Below, in pieces: positions 40,601 through 50,441 of a stretch of 64,000 nt of DNA. A program made the position numbers and the translations under genes. Within the stretch, counting starts at the first letter, position 1, and each line of letters opens with the position of its first letter. The notes under the pieces are model-generated. The model did no database searches. It was not told where the DNA came from and was given only the letters and a program-made list of their open reading frames with translations. Source of the stretch: a candidate division WWE3 bacterium UBA1379 (GTDB lineage Bacteria; Patescibacteriota; WWE3; UBA101185; UBA10185). The stretch spans positions 13,360 through 77,359 of the forward strand of contig DBRB01000003.1 in NCBI GenBank assembly GCA_002305475.1, in the 5' to 3' direction.

Positions 40601-41047
40601 ATGAGAAATCGAAAAGGTTTTACACTTATTGAACTTTTAATCGTTATCGTTATTATCGGTATCTTAGCAGGAGTAGTACTTGCGGTTATGAACCCTGCTG
40701 AGCAAAGAAGAAAAGCAGCAGTTAGCGTTATGCGAGCAAATTTAGACAAGATGTGTTTAGCGATGAGCGCATGTGCATCAACTGTTACTAGTGCAGCAAG
40801 TTGTGATACAGCAGCTGAAATTGGTATCACTGTTGATGGTTCAGGTAATCCTACTATGAATGGTGTCCCTGTAGGGGCAGCTTACACAATAGGCGCAAGC
40901 GGTCAGGAGCTTACTGCAACAGCAACAGGAACGAATTTGGGAACAGGAGGTACGGTTGATTGTATATATACATGTACACACGACGTTGATACTGGTGAAT
41001 CCACACCTATTACGGCAGACAATCCCGCAAACTGCTTTAACCTTTAA
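40601..41047 (+). CDS. Type IV pilin, a candidate major pilin. The start is refined to MRNRKG.
   Basis: MRNRKG|[20 protein letters not shown] with a GGG-rich RBS upstream. The C-terminus is Cys-containing ([13 protein letters not shown]...CFNL). Confidence 0.75.
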   Translation: MRNRKGFTLIELLIVIVIIGILAGVVLAVMNPAEQRRKAAVSVMRANLDKMCLAMSACASTVTSAASCDTAAEIGITVDGSGNPTMNGVPVGAAYTIGASGQELTATATGTNLGTGGTVDCIYTCTHDVDTGESTPITADNPANCFNL

Positions 41048-41150
41048 TCATTGGCTTGATAATACTAAAGTATCCCCGGTTAACCGGGGATATTTTCTTT
41101 TCTTGACAAATCACCTACTTAGTCTTCATACTATTCATAACATACTGTCC

Positions 41151-41813
41151 ATGAAAAATACTTATAAATCTATTTTTAAAACACATCAACAATCCGCGGT
41201 CACATTAGTTGAATTATTAATTGTTATTACTATTTTGGGGATTTTGGGGAGTGTTATAGTGGCTATTATAAACCCCAGAATTCATAAAGATAAGGTAAGT
41301 GAAGCCGTAAGACTTTCCAATATGAGAAGAGTAATTGAAGTAATTGAGACGGTCAGGACTATAGAAGGTGTGTATCCTGATGATATCGATGATATTCAGA
41401 GCTATATACAGGGAGATGTACTGGAGTCTATAGGTGATTTCACTTATAATTCAACCGGCGGTTCTGATTTTTGTTTATATAGTAATGATCAAGCTGCAAT
41501 TTTGGATGGGTATATGGCATATTCTACTCAATGGACAGATACTGAGATTATGACTTGTAGGAATAAGAGTTCTTTATGTAATAGTATTACTGAGTGCTCG
41601 CCGGTCACTATTCCTTCAGCTTCACCGACTCCTTCTCCAACTCCGTCGATAACTCCCACACCAACTCCAAGACCGAGTACAACACCAACACCAGTACCTA
41701 CACCAACGCCGGTTCCTACACCAACTCCTACACCAACACCAGTACCTACGCCAAGACCAAGTCAGACACCGATACCTATACCGACGGTTACACCTACCAG
41801 CTCAAAAAGTTAA
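41151..41813 (+). CDS. Pilin-like protein with a C-terminal Pro/Thr-rich low-complexity tail.
   Basis: The prepilin-like N-terminus [25 protein letters not shown] has Glu at +5. The last ~63 aa are a (PTP/TPTP) repeat [41 protein letters not shown]. Confidence 0.65.
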   Translation: MKNTYKSIFKTHQQSAVTLVELLIVITILGILGSVIVAIINPRIHKDKVSEAVRLSNMRRVIEVIETVRTIEGVYPDDIDDIQSYIQGDVLESIGDFTYNSTGGSDFCLYSNDQAAILDGYMAYSTQWTDTEIMTCRNKSSLCNSITECSPVTIPSASPTPSPTPSITPTPTPRPSTTPTPVPTPTPVPTPTPTPTPVPTPRPSQTPIPIPTVTPTSSKS

Positions 41814-41866
41814 GTATAGGTGAATTTTGTAACGAATTACTTAATTGAAAATTTGGTTGATAAATT

Positions 41867-42397
41867 ATGTTAAAAAAACGATATCAGACAAGCAATATAA
41901 AATCATTTACTTTAATAGAATTAATGATAGTTGTTGTAATTCTTTCTATCTTAAGTGGTGCCACTATTGCTGTAATTAACAGCGCCGGATTTCAGGGAAG
42001 AGCTAGAGACTCACAACGTGCCGCAGATATAAAAAAGATACAAACCGCTTTAGAACTTTATTTTGCAGACAATCGAAAATATCCACCAAATACTAGTTTT
42101 CAACGAGTTACAGCTACTGCATTAACTAATACATTGGTAAATGGTGGCTATATTAGTTCTATACCTCAGGATCCAAAATTTCCTAACACTGGTGCTACAA
42201 ATACTGCATGTTCGAATGACCGCGATTACCTATACAGAAGTGATAGTAATGGAAGTATTTATGTATTATCAGCTAGTATGGAGTTAGAAGCTTCTGCTGC
42301 CAGCAGCAGGTGTCTTACAACTGTTGTACCAAACTGCAGCACTTTTTCATGTAACTGTACTGGATATACCAGAGCGTATTGTGTTCAAAACCCCTAA
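41867..42397 (+). CDS. Pilin/pseudopilin (GspG/PilE-like).
   Basis: KSFTLIELMIVVVILSILSGATIAVI then RAADIKKIQTALELYFADNRKYP, the classic pseudopilin helix. Confidence 0.8.
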   Translation: MLKKRYQTSNIKSFTLIELMIVVVILSILSGATIAVINSAGFQGRARDSQRAADIKKIQTALELYFADNRKYPPNTSFQRVTATALTNTLVNGGYISSIPQDPKFPNTGATNTACSNDRDYLYRSDSNGSIYVLSASMELEASAASSRCLTTVVPNCSTFSCNCTGYTRAYCVQNP

Positions 42398-42409
42398 GGA
42401 TTATTACAG

Positions 42410-42757
42410 ATGAAACATAAGTCTTTTACTCTCATCGAACTCATGATATGTGTAGGTATCATCACACTATTGCTCGGTGTGGTAATGGTATTAATTAATC
42501 CCAGAGAACTATTAGCCAAAGCACGTGATGAAAAACTTCTGTCTAAAGTAACGGAATTTGATGCTTACATACTTGAGCACAAAATAGATAATGGTGTGTA
42601 TCCCGATCTTACTCCTCCACCCGGAATAATTTATATGCATACCCCTTCTTCCTATGAAATAAATGTGGTATTGGAATTTCTTGTTGAACAGGCACAGAAT
42701 GACGGCGGAAATGATCCCGGAGTGTACGAAACAGGTAATGATTTAACCCTTATTTAA
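42410..42757 (+). CDS. Minor pilin/pseudopilin.
   Basis: MKHKSFTLIELMICVGIITLLLGVVMVLINP with an AAGGA RBS upstream. Confidence 0.75.
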   Translation: MKHKSFTLIELMICVGIITLLLGVVMVLINPRELLAKARDEKLLSKVTEFDAYILEHKIDNGVYPDLTPPPGIIYMHTPSSYEINVVLEFLVEQAQNDGGNDPGVYETGNDLTLI

Positions 42758-42772
42758 TGATATTATTTATAT

Positions 42773-43270
42773 ATGAACTTATCTGTCCAAAGTTCAAAAG
42801 CATTTACACTCATTGAACTTCTTGTTGTCGTCTCATTAATTCTTATTTTAACTGCTGCAACGATTCCTAACTACAATAATTACTTAGATAATCAGATGTT
42901 AAAACAGGCACAGGAAGCAGTGAAGAATGATCTCAGATCTGTACAAAACCGGGCATTAACCGGTACTAATGCGGACACTGTAGATTATTGGGGTATAAAA
43001 TTTTTTAGTAATACAAACACTTATCGAATTATTAGTGGTTCAGGTAATCCAAACTGTTCGACCTTTACCAATACCAGTGGTGCTCCCAGTCAGAGATTGC
43101 CGGCGAATACAACTATTGGAACAAACGGTTGCGTTTTCTTTAGTACTAATAATGGAGATCGTATAGCTGGTGTTGACAATATTAGTGTTGTTTCAGATGC
43201 CGGATCCAAAGTGGTATGTATAAACCCTGCTGGACTGATTTACTCCAGGGATTCTTCAGGTGGTTGTTAA
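42773..43270 (+). CDS. Minor pilin/pseudopilin (GspH/FimT-like).
   Basis: KAFTLIELLVVVSLILILTAATIPNYNNYLDNQMLKQAQEAVKNDL. Confidence 0.75.
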   Translation: MNLSVQSSKAFTLIELLVVVSLILILTAATIPNYNNYLDNQMLKQAQEAVKNDLRSVQNRALTGTNADTVDYWGIKFFSNTNTYRIISGSGNPNCSTFTNTSGAPSQRLPANTTIGTNGCVFFSTNNGDRIAGVDNISVVSDAGSKVVCINPAGLIYSRDSSGGC

Positions 43271-43760
43271 TATTACTGGCATGATAATAAAATCTTTTAA
43301 AAACAAAAGAATTAAACATAAAAATGGCTTTGGACTGATTGAAACTGTGGCAGCATTAGGTGTGACTATGATAGTTGTAACCTCAATGGTGTCCATGTCT
43401 TTGTATGCTCTTAGATCTACGCAACAGAGTCAGCTGATGCTTGCAGCTACTAAACTGGCTAATGAAGAGCTAGAACGTGTTAGAGCAAAGAGAGATACAA
43501 CTACCTGGTCCGCTTTTCTTACTGCAGTAAACGGCTGCACACAATTATCACCATGTTCAATGAATGAATTAAATGTTGTTGGTTCTCAAAATACTTTTAC
43601 ATATAACAATGTAGATTTTAGAAGAAGTTTTGTAGCGTCTTATCCGATTCCTAGTGATACGAATGTAGTGAGAATCGGAGTAACTGTGTCATGGAAGTTC
43701 GGGTCTTCTACTTATAACAAGTCCGTATACAATTATACAGATTTGTCTAATTGGAGATAA
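43260..43760 (+). CDS. Minor pilin (PilV/GspI-like).
   Basis: KNGFGLIETVAALGVTMIVVTSMVSM has Gly-Phe at the cleavage site and Glu at +5. Confidence 0.65.
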   Translation: MVVNITGMIIKSFKNKRIKHKNGFGLIETVAALGVTMIVVTSMVSMSLYALRSTQQSQLMLAATKLANEELERVRAKRDTTTWSAFLTAVNGCTQLSPCSMNELNVVGSQNTFTYNNVDFRRSFVASYPIPSDTNVVRIGVTVSWKFGSSTYNKSVYNYTDLSNWR

Positions 43761-43764
43761 TATT

Positions 43765-44304
43765 ATGGTAACTAACCTGATAAAGGTAAAAGGATACAAT
43801 CAGAAATATCTGAAAAAAAGTTTTACCTTGATTGAACTTATGGTTGTGATTGCAATATTAACAATCACCGCTGGGTTAACTACCAGTGTTATCGTATCCA
43901 TTACCAGAAGCTATAGTAAAACTCAGATTACAAATGAATTAGAGCAAGCTGCAGGTTTTGCATCACAGAAACTCACTAAAGAATTACGAAATGCTGTTGC
44001 TATTACCAATATTTCTTCAACTAGTATCTCTTTTAGTGATCATACAAATGATGTGATCACATATAGAGTAAATGCAAATCAATTGCAGAGGAGATCACAA
44101 TTAGCAGGTACAGCTTTTCGTGCTTTAACCGACACAAATACAACTAGTGTTTCTTGTCCTTCCGGTTGTTTTAGTGAACTAAATAGTAATCCTAAGGTTA
44201 TAAGTATTAAAATGAAGTTCACCTCTGCAGGAACTGAGGGTGGAACTGCGTTCACTGGTAGCGTAGATATTAATGATACTGTCGTAGTGCGTGGCACCTA
44301 TTAA
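43765..44304 (+). CDS. Minor pilin (PilW/GspJ-like).
   Basis: KKSFTLIELMVVIAILTITAGLTTSVIVSI then ELEQAAGFASQKLTKELRNA. Confidence 0.7.
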   Translation: MVTNLIKVKGYNQKYLKKSFTLIELMVVIAILTITAGLTTSVIVSITRSYSKTQITNELEQAAGFASQKLTKELRNAVAITNISSTSISFSDHTNDVITYRVNANQLQRRSQLAGTAFRALTDTNTTSVSCPSGCFSELNSNPKVISIKMKFTSAGTEGGTAFTGSVDINDTVVVRGTY

Positions 44305-45094
44305 TATGTTTCTCGACCCTGTAACAAAAAAACAATATAGAAGTGATCAAACTAAAAAGGCACAGACTTTAATAATAATTATTGCCGTGATGGTTATAGC
44401 CATGTCTGTTGGGGCTGCCTTATCTACCCGGTTTATTAAAACTCTGAAGGATACAGCTTATATTGATATGTCTAGCAGAGCCTTAGCTGTGGCAGAAGCA
44501 GGAGCGGAAAGACTTTTGATACGTCCTTTATCCGAACTTGAACAGTTTATCGCAAATGATAGTTGTGGTTCAAATTGTCTGATAGAAATAATCGGAACGG
44601 ATGGAGTTACAGCTACAGCTTCAGTAGTTTTAAGTTATGATGGTAATACATCGGGTCCCTACCCCCTATCTCTGGAAACTAATAAAACCAAGGAAGTGTA
44701 TATGAATTCATACCCCTCGAATACTTCATTCAATATCTGTATCGACAGTAAATCGGTGTCAAACCCGATTGCCGTATCTGTTTTGTTTGCTTATGGCAGC
44801 ACCGGTAATTATCAAATTGAAAACTATCTATTGGAGAGTTTCGGATGTCATACCATACCCGGTAAATCAAATCCTGCTTTGCTCCGGATTACCTCTATTT
44901 ATGATGATTTTACAGGTCAGTTAGTTCCGGTGGTGGGAGCCTCTATTCCATCACAGGGAGTATTAATTGAGTCAACAGGTAGACTTAACGATGTTGTAAA
45001 GATAGTCAGAGTTTTAAAAACATATTCATATGTACCAAGTGATTTTGATTATATTTTGTATTCAAAATCCGAAGATGAACCATTGTCCAACTAG
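44291..45094 (+). CDS. PilX-N/GspK-like pilus-associated protein (paralog 2).
   Basis: KAQTLIIIIAVMVIAMSVGAALSTRFIKTL...ALAVAEAGAERLLIR. It shares the AEAGAER motif and overall architecture with 33093..34166. Confidence 0.55.
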   Translation: MAPINMFLDPVTKKQYRSDQTKKAQTLIIIIAVMVIAMSVGAALSTRFIKTLKDTAYIDMSSRALAVAEAGAERLLIRPLSELEQFIANDSCGSNCLIEIIGTDGVTATASVVLSYDGNTSGPYPLSLETNKTKEVYMNSYPSNTSFNICIDSKSVSNPIAVSVLFAYGSTGNYQIENYLLESFGCHTIPGKSNPALLRITSIYDDFTGQLVPVVGASIPSQGVLIESTGRLNDVVKIVRVLKTYSYVPSDFDYILYSKSEDEPLSN

Positions 45095-45117
45095 CAAACT
45101 TCTTGTAAAATTTAAAC

Positions 45118-46149
45118 ATGCCCATCATCGGTTTAGATTTAGGAAGACATAATTTCAGAGCCGTTGAATTAGATTCTCAGAAGAACAAATTCGTTCTTCT
45201 CAGATATGGAACCTATGAGAACCCCAAACTAAATCTTGAATCAGAATCCAAAGATGACATGAATATATATTCCCAGGCTATCCGGGATTTTTTTGATGAA
45301 ACAGGGTTTAAAACGGCTAATACCGTTGTATCTCTGCCTGAGCAACAGGTGTATATGAGAATAATAAAGATACCGGCTCTCAGTGATAAGGATCTGAAAA
45401 ATTCCATTCAGTTTGAAGCAGAACAGTATATTCCCCTACCCTTAAAGGAAGTAAGTATTTCCTATCAGAAGATTGATGTGGATGCCTTTGATAAAAACAA
45501 GATAAATGTTCAGCTGGTTGCCGCCAAAAAAACCACTTTGGAAAAATATGTTCAGATACTAAGGCAAGCTAAACTCATACCTAAAGGTATAGAACCTGAA
45601 ACTTTAGCGGTAGGACGTATTCTAGGAGATACAGAAGACCATCCTTCTGCTAGCATAATTTTGAATATCGGTTTTTCACAGACTTTGATATGTATAACTT
45701 ACAGGGGATTCGTCCGGTTTACCCGTAGCATATCAATAGGTGGAGATACAATTACTCGTGCCATATCTCAGTCTTTAGGTTTTGATTATTCCCAGTCTGA
45801 AGAATACAAAAAAACTTACGGTTTGGATTCCTCCCAGGTAGAAGGAAAGATATTTGAAGTAATAAAGCCGTTGTTTGATTCGGTTATCCAGGAAGTCAAG
45901 AGGTCAAAAATGTTCTTTACAACACACAATCCAAACATTACTATTAACAGAGTAATACTATCTGGAGGTACTGCCCTGATGCCTGGCTTATTTATATACA
46001 TGGCAAATAATTTAGATTTAGAAGTTGAACTGGCTAATCCCTGGAAGAATATTGAATTCTCTGACAGACTCGCATCCAAAAAAGATTCCCTTTTACAGGA
46101 AGGACCGTTATTTGCAACCAGCGCAGGTCTTGCGCTTAAGGAGGTCTAA
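45118..46149 (+). CDS. pilM: Type IV pilus assembly protein PilM (actin-like ATPase fold).
   Basis: MPIIGLDLGRHNFRAVEL at the N-terminus and 343 aa length. It lies immediately upstream of the pilN-like and pilO-like genes. Confidence 0.8.
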   Translation: MPIIGLDLGRHNFRAVELDSQKNKFVLLRYGTYENPKLNLESESKDDMNIYSQAIRDFFDETGFKTANTVVSLPEQQVYMRIIKIPALSDKDLKNSIQFEAEQYIPLPLKEVSISYQKIDVDAFDKNKINVQLVAAKKTTLEKYVQILRQAKLIPKGIEPETLAVGRILGDTEDHPSASIILNIGFSQTLICITYRGFVRFTRSISIGGDTITRAISQSLGFDYSQSEEYKKTYGLDSSQVEGKIFEVIKPLFDSVIQEVKRSKMFFTTHNPNITINRVILSGGTALMPGLFIYMANNLDLEVELANPWKNIEFSDRLASKKDSLLQEGPLFATSAGLALKEV

Positions 46150-46160
46150 AGGAGGATTAT

Positions 46161-46715
46161 ATGTATTCACAAAGCGTTAACCTCATACCACAGGAAGAAG
46201 TACACGAACAGGTAAAAGAACAAGTAGTAAAAATGAGTACGGTATTTTCTGTTCTACTCTTTTTGATTGTAGGGGGGATTTCTTTCTATTTTTATAACAC
46301 TGTCAATTCATTAAAAAGCGATATTAAAAAAACCGACTCCGAAATTGAATCATTCAGAAAAGAAATCAGTAGCATGGCGAATGTAGAAATTAGTGCCCGA
46401 AATTTATCCACAAAATACAATATATTAAAGGATCTTATGAAATCAAGAGAAAAATACTCAATTCTTCTGGCAAATCTGAAAGAAAAAACACCTTCAACAA
46501 TCGTGGTAGCTAATATGACCGATTCTGCAAACAATAGTCTGGCAATTTCTGGAACCGGCGAAACATACACATCGATTGCCGATTTTGCAAATTCTCTTAC
46601 TGATGGCGAGACTGTTTTCAGTAATGTTTCTCTTAATTCAGTTTCCTATGAGAATAAATCCAGCCGGGTGTCATATTCCATAGTAGTTACTTATATTCCG
46701 GAGAAGTTGAGGTAA
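46161..46715 (+). CDS. pilN: Type IV pilus assembly protein PilN.
   Basis: An N-terminal VNLIPQEE motif (the INLLP-like motif), a single TM helix, then coiled-coil; 184 aa. Confidence 0.65.
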   Translation: MYSQSVNLIPQEEVHEQVKEQVVKMSTVFSVLLFLIVGGISFYFYNTVNSLKSDIKKTDSEIESFRKEISSMANVEISARNLSTKYNILKDLMKSREKYSILLANLKEKTPSTIVVANMTDSANNSLAISGTGETYTSIADFANSLTDGETVFSNVSLNSVSYENKSSRVSYSIVVTYIPEKLR

Positions 46716-46719
46716 TACT

Positions 46720-47523
46720 ATGCAGATAAACAGTTCTACATTTAAAGAATTTCTCTTAAATTTTATCATTCCGCTTATTGCTATAGCTGCTACCGGAGCT
46801 TTGGGTTTTTTTATATTGTATCCTTCGTATACTGCATTGGAACCTACACGCGCGGAATTAAGTACCAAAAAAGCACTTCATAATCAACTAAATTCCAAGC
46901 TTACCACACTGCATGATCTGGTGGAGTTCAAAGCAGTAGTCGATGAAAATGCATCCTTAGTACATCGTGTTATCCCTGATGAAGCTGCAGTCCCCTTCCT
47001 CTTAACCCAGATAGACTTGATTGCTAAAGAAGCAGGGCTGGAAGTGACGAAAATGAGCTATACATATTCCACGCCTACTAAAACAACTGCTCCTCAACCC
47101 ACATCTGCTGAGATTAGTGAGTCCGACGAGACTGCAGAAAAAAGTCCAAAGTATCTGATTGTTGATGTATTACTTGGTGCAACAGGAAATCTGGATCAGC
47201 TTCAGGAATTTTTCAATAAAATTGAGACATCCGCTCGATATGTTGATATTGATACTTTCCGGTTTGAAGCTGAAAATGAACAGGATGGAGAAGCTGTCAG
47301 CGGTAGCTCCCGTCTGGCTATCACATTTGGTCTGCGTGCTCCGCACATCAGAGTTCAGTCAAATGCGGTGACCGATGATCCCATTGATCTGAACATTTCT
47401 GATGATGAATTTCTGGGGGTAATTAATACTATTAAAGGGATGAAGTACTATGATATTACTGAGGAAAGTATAAATCAGGCACTGCTGGAAGAAACCAGGG
47501 AAACAACTGAATCAACCAGTTAA
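46720..47523 (+). CDS. pilO: Type IV pilus assembly protein PilO-like.
   Basis: A single N-terminal TM helix (IIPLIAIAATGALGFFILY), coiled-coil, then a ferredoxin-like C-terminal domain. Its position after pilM and pilN supports the call. Confidence 0.55.
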   Translation: MQINSSTFKEFLLNFIIPLIAIAATGALGFFILYPSYTALEPTRAELSTKKALHNQLNSKLTTLHDLVEFKAVVDENASLVHRVIPDEAAVPFLLTQIDLIAKEAGLEVTKMSYTYSTPTKTTAPQPTSAEISESDETAEKSPKYLIVDVLLGATGNLDQLQEFFNKIETSARYVDIDTFRFEAENEQDGEAVSGSSRLAITFGLRAPHIRVQSNAVTDDPIDLNISDDEFLGVINTIKGMKYYDITEESINQALLEETRETTESTS

Positions 47524-48170
47524 TTATCTGTATCACTTATTTTTTTGGAGTTTTCTTCTTTCCATTTTTCTATTTCTTTATGATTTCCTGATAATAGTAC
47601 TTCCGGTACTATCCATCCTTTAAAGTCTTCCGGTCTTGTATACTGTGGATGTTCCAATGTATCGTTTTCAAATGACTCCTTGGATGATGCATCCTCTTTT
47701 TCCAATATTCCAGGAAGCAGGCGGGTTATGCTTTCCATGATGACCAGAGCTGGTAGCTCTCCGCCGGATAATACATAGTTTCCGATAGATAAAGATTCAT
47801 CACAAAGATATTTCTCTACTCTGGCATCCACACCTTCATAACGCCCGCAGATCAGAGTAATCTGATTTAAATTCTTTAATTCTTTTACCTTGTTCTGATC
47901 GAACTTTTTTCCGGAAGGTGACATTAGGATGGTATGTTGTTTATTTTCAATATTTTCCAATGCTTTATATATCGGTTCGATCATTAATACCATACCTGTA
48001 CCTCCTCCGTACGGTTTATCATCAACCATTCCGTAGGAGTTTAATGCATAATCTCTCAAGTTATGCAGGTTTACCTTAATCAGACCCTTCTGAATAGCTT
48101 TTTTGAAAGGGAGATTATTTAAATGTTCATTAAATAGGTTGGGAAATAGAGTTATGATGTCAAACGTTAT
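47520..48170 (-). CDS. trmD: tRNA (guanine37-N1)-methyltransferase TrmD. The start is refined to MITFDII; the track ORF extends to 48254.
   Basis: MITFDIITLFPNLF at the N-terminus, the SPOUT knot motifs ILMSPSGKKF and LICGRYEGVDARV, and YVLSGGELPALVIMESITRLLPG. Confidence 0.9.
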   Translation of the reverse strand: MTFDIITLFPNLFNEHLNNLPFKKAIQKGLIKVNLHNLRDYALNSYGMVDDKPYGGGTGMVLMIEPIYKALENIENKQHTILMSPSGKKFDQNKVKELKNLNQITLICGRYEGVDARVEKYLCDESLSIGNYVLSGGELPALVIMESITRLLPGILEKEDASSKESFENDTLEHPQYTRPEDFKGWIVPEVLLSGNHKEIEKWKEENSKKISDTDN

Positions 48171-48474
48171 CATTTTCTTGAGGCTCCTGTGTTTCCGGCT
48201 GTGTATCCTCTTCGATATTTCCCCGTGCACCTTCCGTAGCTTCATTGAGTTCAATATTAATCCTTATTCCGTCTTTAATAGCTTTTGCCCGGGCGAGATT
48301 ACGCAAACTCTTGATGGTTCTTCCCTCTTTACCGATGATCATTCCCATATCGTCCTGGGCTACATTTATTCGATAAATATGTGTATTAGTTTCAGGATCT
48401 TGTTCCTCGTCGATTCTGAGTGATTCGGGTTTGGATACTATTTGTCTGATTAGGTAGTCAATAAATTCTTTCAT
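48160..48474 (-). CDS. KH-domain RNA-binding protein (YlqC/UPF0109 family).
   Basis: The KH GXXG loop is GMIIGKEGRTIKSLRNLA. It sits in the conserved slot between rpsP and trmD. Confidence 0.8.
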   Translation of the reverse strand: MKEFIDYLIRQIVSKPESLRIDEEQDPETNTHIYRINVAQDDMGMIIGKEGRTIKSLRNLARAKAIKDGIRINIELNEATEGARGNIEEDTQPETQEPQENDNV

Positions 48475-48503
48475 TGTTTATTTAGCTTTGATTTATTACG
48501 TTT

Positions 48504-48809
48504 TTATGCTTCGGGTGTAGATTCAGCCTGCTGGGCTTCTTTCTTGTCACCCTTTGGATTGTACTTTACGTATTTGTATTCACCTGCTGCAATTTTTACC
48601 ACTGCTTCCGTAGTTAATGCACCTTTGGCTTTCCAATCAGCATACTTTTTCTGGTCAATCTTTGACTCCGCAGGAGTTGTCTGCGGGTTGTAGTATCCCA
48701 GAATATCCAGAAACTTTCCGTTTCTTTTATCTCTGGTATTTGCCACTACCACTTTATAAGTGGGTGCATTCTTTTTACCTGTTCTTGCTAATCTTATTGT
48801 TACGCTCAT
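48504..48809 (-). CDS. rpsP: 30S ribosomal protein S16.
   Basis: MSVTIRLARTGKKNAPTYKVVVANTRDKRNGKFLDILGYYNP is collinear with S16. Confidence 0.9.
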   Translation of the reverse strand: MSVTIRLARTGKKNAPTYKVVVANTRDKRNGKFLDILGYYNPQTTPAESKIDQKKYADWKAKGALTTEAVVKIAAGEYKYVKYNPKGDKKEAQQAESTPEA

Positions 48810-48882
48810 ATGTTGTTTTTCTGTTAATTATCTGTATTTTTTTTGCGAACATGCTTTGAGCCGTTCTGACTTTGAGATTGTA

Positions 48883-49584
48883 TCAGACCAATTTTACTTT
48901 GTCTATCGCATTTAAGGCTGCAGCCTGTTCGGCTTTTTGCTTGCTTCTTCCCTCACCCTCACCAACTAGTTTCTTTCCCAGATAAACCCCTACTTTAAAT
49001 GTCTTTTCATGATCTGCCCCCCAGGACTCCAATACTTCATAAACGGGTGTAATACCGTACTTTTCCTGGGAAAACTCCTGAAAGGTTGATTTGGCGTCCT
49101 TATAGGCATTATTCTGGACGATGTCATCCATCTTATATAGCAGTTCCCTAACTACAAATTCTCTGCAGACATCCAGTCCTTTTTCTTTATATAGTGCCCC
49201 CAAAACTGCTTCAAACGTGTTTGCCAGTATATATTCCCTGTTTCTTCCCCCTGTGGCTTCCTCACCATGGGATAAAAGCAGAAATTCCCCATATCCCAGC
49301 CGTCTGGATTCTGCTGCCAAGGACTGGGTATTCACAATTGCTGCCCGATAATTAGTGAGATCTCCTTCGGGTTTTTCAGGATATTTGTGATAAAGATACT
49401 CAGAGGATAATAGCTGCAATACAGCATCTCCGAGAAACTCCAGTCGTTCATTGGAAGGATTAGGGTATCCCGGATGTTCATTTAAAAAAGAGCGATGAGT
49501 AAATGCGGTTATGAACAGTTCTTTATTTTTGGTGTCCACTTTTAGTATTTGAGATAGTTTTTCAAGATCAATCTCCGAATGCAT
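48883..49584 (-). CDS. rnc: Ribonuclease III.
   Basis: The RNase III signature ERLEFLGDAVLQL plus a C-terminal dsRBD (KDAKSTFQEF...). Confidence 0.9.
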   Translation of the reverse strand: MHSEIDLEKLSQILKVDTKNKELFITAFTHRSFLNEHPGYPNPSNERLEFLGDAVLQLLSSEYLYHKYPEKPEGDLTNYRAAIVNTQSLAAESRRLGYGEFLLLSHGEEATGGRNREYILANTFEAVLGALYKEKGLDVCREFVVRELLYKMDDIVQNNAYKDAKSTFQEFSQEKYGITPVYEVLESWGADHEKTFKVGVYLGKKLVGEGEGRSKQKAEQAAALNAIDKVKLV

Positions 49585-49612
49585 AGTAACTCCTAAGATA
49601 TAAAAATTGATT

Positions 49613-49849
49613 TTAATCCAGCTTCTCTGACAGAATATCCAGCAAATCAGCTATTGATTCAATATTTTCCCTTTCATCCAAAAGTTCAATGTGAAAAGAT
49701 TCTTCGAGTTCCTGAAGAATCTCAATTAATTCCATTTCACTGACATTTAAGTCATCTTCGAAAAAAGCTTCAGGAGTAACCTCTTCAGGCTCAATTCCCA
49801 ATTTATCTTCAATTATTTCTTTTACTTTATTAAAATAATTATTACTCAT
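49613..49849 (-). CDS. Acyl carrier protein-like, with a divergent phosphopantetheine site.
   Basis: A 78-aa acidic protein. [18 protein letters not shown] aligns with ACP DLGADSLDTVELVMALEE and retains the Ser. Confidence 0.5.
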   Translation of the reverse strand: MSNNYFNKVKEIIEDKLGIEPEEVTPEAFFEDDLNVSEMELIEILQELEESFHIELLDERENIESIADLLDILSEKLD

Positions 49850-50270
49850 TTTCTTTTTCCAGGTAACTTACTACTGTACCTAAAACCCCGTTCACAAATT
49901 TCGGAGAAGTGTCGTTTCCGAATTCCTTTGCCAGTTCGACTGCTTCATCAATTGCTACTTTCTGTGGGGTCTGTTTATGGTATTTAAGTTCATAGATGGC
50001 GATTCTTAATATAACAAGATCAACTTTTGATATTTTATCCAAGGGCCACTCCGGTGCGCAGGTTTCAATTATTCGGTTAATATCGTCATTATTTGTTTTT
50101 ACCCCTTCAATTATTGTGTTTGTCAGGTCAGTATCTACTTCACTCTCTTCCAGTAAATCTCTGGATAGAAGTTTGCATGCTTCTTCATCCGTTTCCGAAA
50201 ACAACCAGCAGAATATACTGGCCATAGATAGTTTTCTTGCAGCATGTCGTGGGTCAGATTTATTTCTCAT
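49842..50270 (-). CDS. nusB: Transcription antitermination factor NusB.
   Basis: A 142-aa all-helical protein. [13 protein letters not shown] and [13 protein letters not shown]...[17 protein letters not shown]...FVNGVLG match NusB. Confidence 0.75.
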   Translation of the reverse strand: MRNKSDPRHAARKLSMASIFCWLFSETDEEACKLLSRDLLEESEVDTDLTNTIIEGVKTNNDDINRIIETCAPEWPLDKISKVDLVILRIAIYELKYHKQTPQKVAIDEAVELAKEFGNDTSPKFVNGVLGTVVSYLEKENE

Positions 50271-50294
50271 CTAAATAACCTCAAACGCAATAAT

Positions 50295-50441
50295 TTAGAG
50301 TTCGATGCGTTCCTCAACGTGAGGTCTTTTATAAGCCTTACCGTCTTTGGTTTTTACCGCAACTACTCTTTTTCTTCTTTCATGGGCATTTCTGTTTTGT
50401 CTGGTTGCACTTTTACTTTTTCTTCTTTTTGGTACTGCCAT
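50295..50441 (-). CDS. rpmF: 50S ribosomal protein L32. It is 48 aa and absent from the ORF track.
   Basis: The minus strand translates to MAVPKRRKSKSATRQNRNAHERRKRVVAVKTKDGKAYKRPHVEERIEL, opening with the canonical L32 MAVPKRR(T/K)SKS motif. Confidence 0.8.
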   Translation of the reverse strand: MAVPKRRKSKSATRQNRNAHERRKRVVAVKTKDGKAYKRPHVEERIEL

